A DNA stretch of 64,000 nt from Azolla caroliniana (lineage: Eukaryota > Plantae > Polypodiophyta). A model generated the notes under the pieces. That model saw only the letters and a program-made list of their open reading frames with translations, was not told the origin of the DNA and did no database searches. This document shows positions 59,756 to 64,000 of this stretch, one piece after another. Position numbers and translations under genes: made by a program. Location: contig JBHGNT010000014.1 of NCBI GenBank assembly GCA_043228905.1, positions 10,788,001-10,852,000 on the forward strand, in the 5' to 3' direction. Each line of letters begins with the position of its first letter. Position 1 is the first letter of the stretch.

Positions 59756-60391
59756 TGTCACGTTATTATGTGTGCACGTGTGAAATAAGGCGGGACCACG
59801 GGGGTGCTGAACCGAGGAGCAAGAGAGACGAGAGGAAGTGAGAAGTGTGGTGACGTGAGGTCCGCTAGACCTATCAGCAACTGGCGACACTTGCCGGTTG
59901 ATCGAACCACCAACGCATATAACGACTCAATCAAGGAGCACACTCGGGAGAGATGAAAGAAGAGACTCTCTGAAGATAGATAACATGGATAACACAGACA
60001 ACAAAGATAGGCGGAAACAAGAAATTCTATTACAATAACAGAGGTAATTACAACAGTTGCAACCCTGCAGAGAATGATGATAGAGGAAGAGAGAGCTCGG
60101 TTCCCAGTCCGACAGCGCCTCCTCCTTCCCTCCCAAAACGTAATACCCTTCTTCTATTCCCCTTCCCCTTTATATGTCTCGAGGAGGAGGTTACATCGAA
60201 ACATGTTAACTTTATTCTCAATCCCTTCGGACAGAGATATGCATTGATTTCCTAATATCTAAATCTAGTAAGATACATCAGCCGTCCTATTCCTAGTTAT
60301 GTACAATGTATCAAATCTCGCACACTCGTGCAAAGGTGGGTTCATGTCTTTAATTCTTTGATTCTTCTTAGGGCCGGTTTTCTTCACGACA
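59756..60391. mobile_element. Probable solo LTR inserted in copia-A RNase H
   Basis: 636-bp non-coding insert with termini TGTCACG...CACGACA. It interrupts DSDMS/GDADTS. No clean TSD. Confidence 0.6.
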
Positions 60392-63300
60392 CTGGGTGAT
60401 GCGGATACCAGCCAGTCTACATCCAGATATGTCATGACTTATGCAGGGGGAGTTGTTTCGTGGCAGTCAAAGCTACAAAAGACAGTTGCCTTGTCAACCA
60501 CGGAGGCCGAGTACATGGCAACTGTGGAAGCCAGCAAGGAGATAATCTGGATAAAGAACTTCATCGGAGAGCAAGGGATCCAACAGGAGGAATACTGACT
60601 CCATTGCAACAGTCAAAGTGCCATCCACCTTGCAAAGAACACGGCCTACCATTCTCGGACAAAACATATCCAACGGAGGTACCACTGGATACGGGAGAGA
60701 GTAGAAGATCAAGAGTTTGTGCTAACGAAGATCCACACGGAGGAGAATGGGTCGGATATGCTGACCAAGGTGCGGACAACCGATAAGCTAGACGCATGCC
60801 GAAAGCGGATCGGGTTGGCGAGACATCCCATGCCGTAGTGAAGGGGGAGATTGTTGGGAAGTTGGTCCCTCCGGATAGGATCCGGTTATGAATGAAGAGG
60901 ACCTAGTGAGAACCGGAAGAGATCTAGAAACCGGATCGGATGGACCTGGTGAGAACCGGAAGGGGAGACATATTTGTAAATATGTTTCATAGTGAGCCCA
61001 TCGAGGCTATATTTGTAAATAGCTCTAAGTTCATATAAGTATAAATATGACTTAGGGCAATGATTCACTTTATGTGTGGTTGTTGTCATATTGTTGTATG
61101 TGTATAACCATTGTATATAGAGAGAGGAGATACAGAGTGATACTCTGTTGTAATCGCCGGTTGGCAAAGATACAAAGCGCGAGGTCATTGCCTCCGAGTC
61201 TCTGATTGTATCTTTCCTATATATAGTGATAGCTTGGAGTCTTTGGGCTCCCGTGGTTTTTCCCCATTAGGGTTTTCCACGTAAACATTTTGTGTACTCT
61301 ATACTTCCCATTTCTAGGTTTCATTCTCATTGAAGTGATTCAAGACTCGGTTGTGGCTGAGCAATATTCCGCACTATTCCTCTCAGAATGTTGTCATGTT
61401 CTGCTTTCCGACTAAGCAGTCAACACAATTCTTCAAGTGTACTCCTTTCACTTTTGGGAGAAGTTCTTGGTCGGCCATGATTTGCATTCCTTTTTCACTC
61501 ATGTGGCGTAGTCTCTTATGCCATAACTCTGCACTCGAGTCGGCTGCCACATTCACTTCCGACTTGCATAGTCGGGCATGCATCATATACAGTGTGCCCT
61601 CTTTTTGTGCTCGTGCCACTATGAAATTTTCATGGTAGAACTTCCTCTTACCGTTCCGTAAGCTACCATTGTAGCCTTCATCATCTAGCCTTCCCGTCGA
61701 TATCAGATTCAATTTATATCGGAGACATGTCGAACTATCCTCGGTGTTGGTCAACAACCTGTCAACGTCATCAGGCACACCCTTCCAACGTCGGCTATTG
61801 CACCCACCACTGTTTCCCATCTTTGCATAGCCATGATCTCTGGCTATGTAAGTCGAGAAGCACTCTCTCGATGGAGTTATATGGAAAGGTGCACTCGAGT
61901 CGATTACCCAGGTGCAAGGTTTTTGCTTGCCTACTCACAAATGAACAGAATCTCCTCTGCACTCGTAGTTACGGCCGATGTGCCCTTTCCATCAGGAATC
62001 TTTCTGGGTTCGACATTAGTGTCGGAACTCTTGTCCTTCTGGAGATGTCATCAGTCCTACTGAAAGTTTCTAGGCTTTCCACAATAGAAGCATGTTACCT
62101 TACCTCTGGACTTCGATCTAGCATGGGACTTTTTTCCCCATGGACTCCTTTACAAGTTCCTTCCTGTGTTGGTTTGTTGAGTCAGATTTGACTCCGACTG
62201 GGATTGGATACCCTTATCCTTCATGTTTCTTCATTCAAGATGCTTCTCTTTACTGCCTGTAATGACAAGTTCTCTTCCTGACACGAGGTGTTGAGAGTCA
62301 CCCCTAGATTCTCCCAGTTGTCTGGTGGGGCTCACAATAGGAGGATGGCTTGCATATCATCCTCAAGGGAAACCTTGGTTGCAGGAAGTTGATTCACATA
62401 CCCCATCATGAATGTGTTTACGTGCTCGACTATGCTTTCAGCCTCACGATCTTCCTCATCATGGATGTTTTGTTGAGGGCATTCTTCCTCTCATATAAGC
62501 CTGATAGCTTTTGCCACATCTCGTACGCATTTGTGTTGTTCGCCACATGTTGAAGGACACTTACATAAACACACTGTCAAATGGTGGTCACCGCCTTTCT
62601 GTTAAGAAGTTTACTTTCCGAATCCAATACCCCTGTGGGTATTTCTTCTCTGTCGAGTAGCTCGTACAGGTCTTTGACTATTAGAAAGTTTTCCATCTTT
62701 ATCTTCCAGTCCGCATAGTTCTGAGAGTTTGAAATTATCATGCTTGGGAAACTGCTCACACCTCCTTCCATCTTTAACTTTGCTTTGGTACTAGTTTGTA
62801 GAGAATCGAATTGTTGATCGACGACAAAGATATCCTAAAATACACAAATCTTACGGAAATAGAAAAAACAAACTATTGCGCAATGCTTTATGTGGAAACC
62901 CTAAACGGGGAAAAACCATGAGAACAGAGATTCCACTATACACAAGAGAATACAAGATGAGCTCAGAATACAACACTCTCCACTCGGAGTGTATCAGCCA
63001 CACATGGCTTTTGGCATCAAACCTGACTCGGCTATGGCGCCGCTCTCTCTCTCTCACTCACACACTCTCTCTACAGAGGCTAACAACTATTCTGTTCTAC
63101 ATGCACACATCACTACCTTTGCCCGAAGTATATTTATACTTCTACACTATATAGGCTATTTACAAATGTAGCCTCTTCTACGATCATGTCTATTATAACA
63201 ATAATAGTCAATCAGTCGAATGGTGGACTAGTTAACTCCACTGTCGACTGTCTAGTCGGCCCAACTAGTCGGCCTGATCTTCGACCATCTGGTCGGCCCG

Positions 63301-63442
63301 ACTAGTTGGTTGTCTCTTCAACTAGAATTCTCCTACTGTCGACTCCCCCGGTTGACTTCCGCAATTGAATCTCCATGTCTTCGACTATTGGCACTCGGCC
63401 TGACTAGTCGGTTGCTCCTATAAGAGGGACATATTCCTAACA

Positions 63443-64000
63443 TTGTTTTACCTTTTCCTTTACCTTACGAATTCTAGCTCTCTGGCGTTTTCGATGGTCC
63501 GGTTGCATCATCCATGCACCGTTGTTTCTCATCTACATACACCTCATGTAATTAACATAAGGCATATACGCTATTTTTATCTACGGGGCACCCCTATCCC
63601 GTAGCTTCTCGGATGCCTTCGGTGGTGCTCTGGTTTTCATCAAAGTGGGTTTTCTCGAAAATTTCTAGCAGTTCTATCCAGACAAACAACTTCTCTCTCG
63701 ATGTTTCTCCCACACGTATTCCCCCAGTTGTTGCATACTTGCTTTTTGCCATCATCTCCCCGTCTAGGACCTTCTTCATGTCGCGTTTCGGAAGTTTGGC
63801 TGGAGTGGCTTCCGAGAGTTCATTGAATGGATCTGATTTGCTTCATACTAGATGAGTTCCCACCGTAGAGCCTCCTTGTGCTCATCACAATCCTTCCGAT
63901 CATGTACGGTGCTATCGCAACATATGCACCAATCCATATACTTGGAACTTGAGGGACGGTCTTCCGATTTCTTCACCATAGCAATCTTCAGAGTTTCCAT
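63443..64000 (-). mobile_element. Second gypsy-B gag fragment, running off the window
   Basis: MKKVLDGEMMAKSKYATT...EGIREATG matches 18851-19204, and the DNA is similar to 18820-19345. Confidence 0.85.

Larger units (their letters stand above)
50132..61385 (+). mobile_element. Copia-A copy 5: degraded, nearly complete, carrying two nested insertions
   Basis: 5' LTR 50132-50643 and 3' LTR 60852-61385. TSD GAATG/GAATG. PBS TGGTATCAGAG at 50647. Gag, PR, INT (57812-58702), RT and RNase H remnants, and a PPT. Confidence 0.93.
30755..63442 (-). mobile_element. Copia-C copy 2, the host of the nest, in pieces 30755-31128, 49326-50131 and 61386-63442 (5' LTR 62797-63442)
   Basis: Gag start 62771 (NYADWKIKMENFL), GAG-pre-integrase LWHKRLRHMSEKG, integrase PELNGLAERMNRT at 49547-49900, and the INT-RT linker at 30760-31128. 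The pieces rejoin across two TSD-flanked insertions. Degenerate Met PBS at 62782-62793. Confidence 0.8.

Overview
This window is a gene-free block of nested retrotransposons, and I found no host gene. The element types suggest heterochromatin of a non-seed plant such as a moss (inference). It holds a degraded L1-type LINE, at least five copies of one Ty1/copia family ('copia-A'), several other copia families, two Ty3/gypsy lineages, two RTE/RTEX-type LINEs, a tRNA-derived SINE in two copies and a probable solo LTR. Many target-site duplications (TSDs) are readable, giving the nesting order copia-C < copia-A < RTEX LINE < gypsy. Three signals stand out. (1) A young, nearly intact gypsy element (32646-42443) has no polypurine tract (PPT) at its 3' LTR edge. 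It has a tRNA-3'-end-like sequence ending in CCA there instead, in addition to its normal primer-binding site (PBS), which may mean both strands are tRNA-primed. (2) Two diverged RTEX-like LINEs inserted at the same (GA)n site of two copia-A LTRs in the same orientation and share a covarying 3' hairpin. (3) Both SINE copies also lie at (GA)n/(CT)n tracts. All calls come from reading the sequence by eye; lineage names and tRNA assignments are from memory and need database confirmation.
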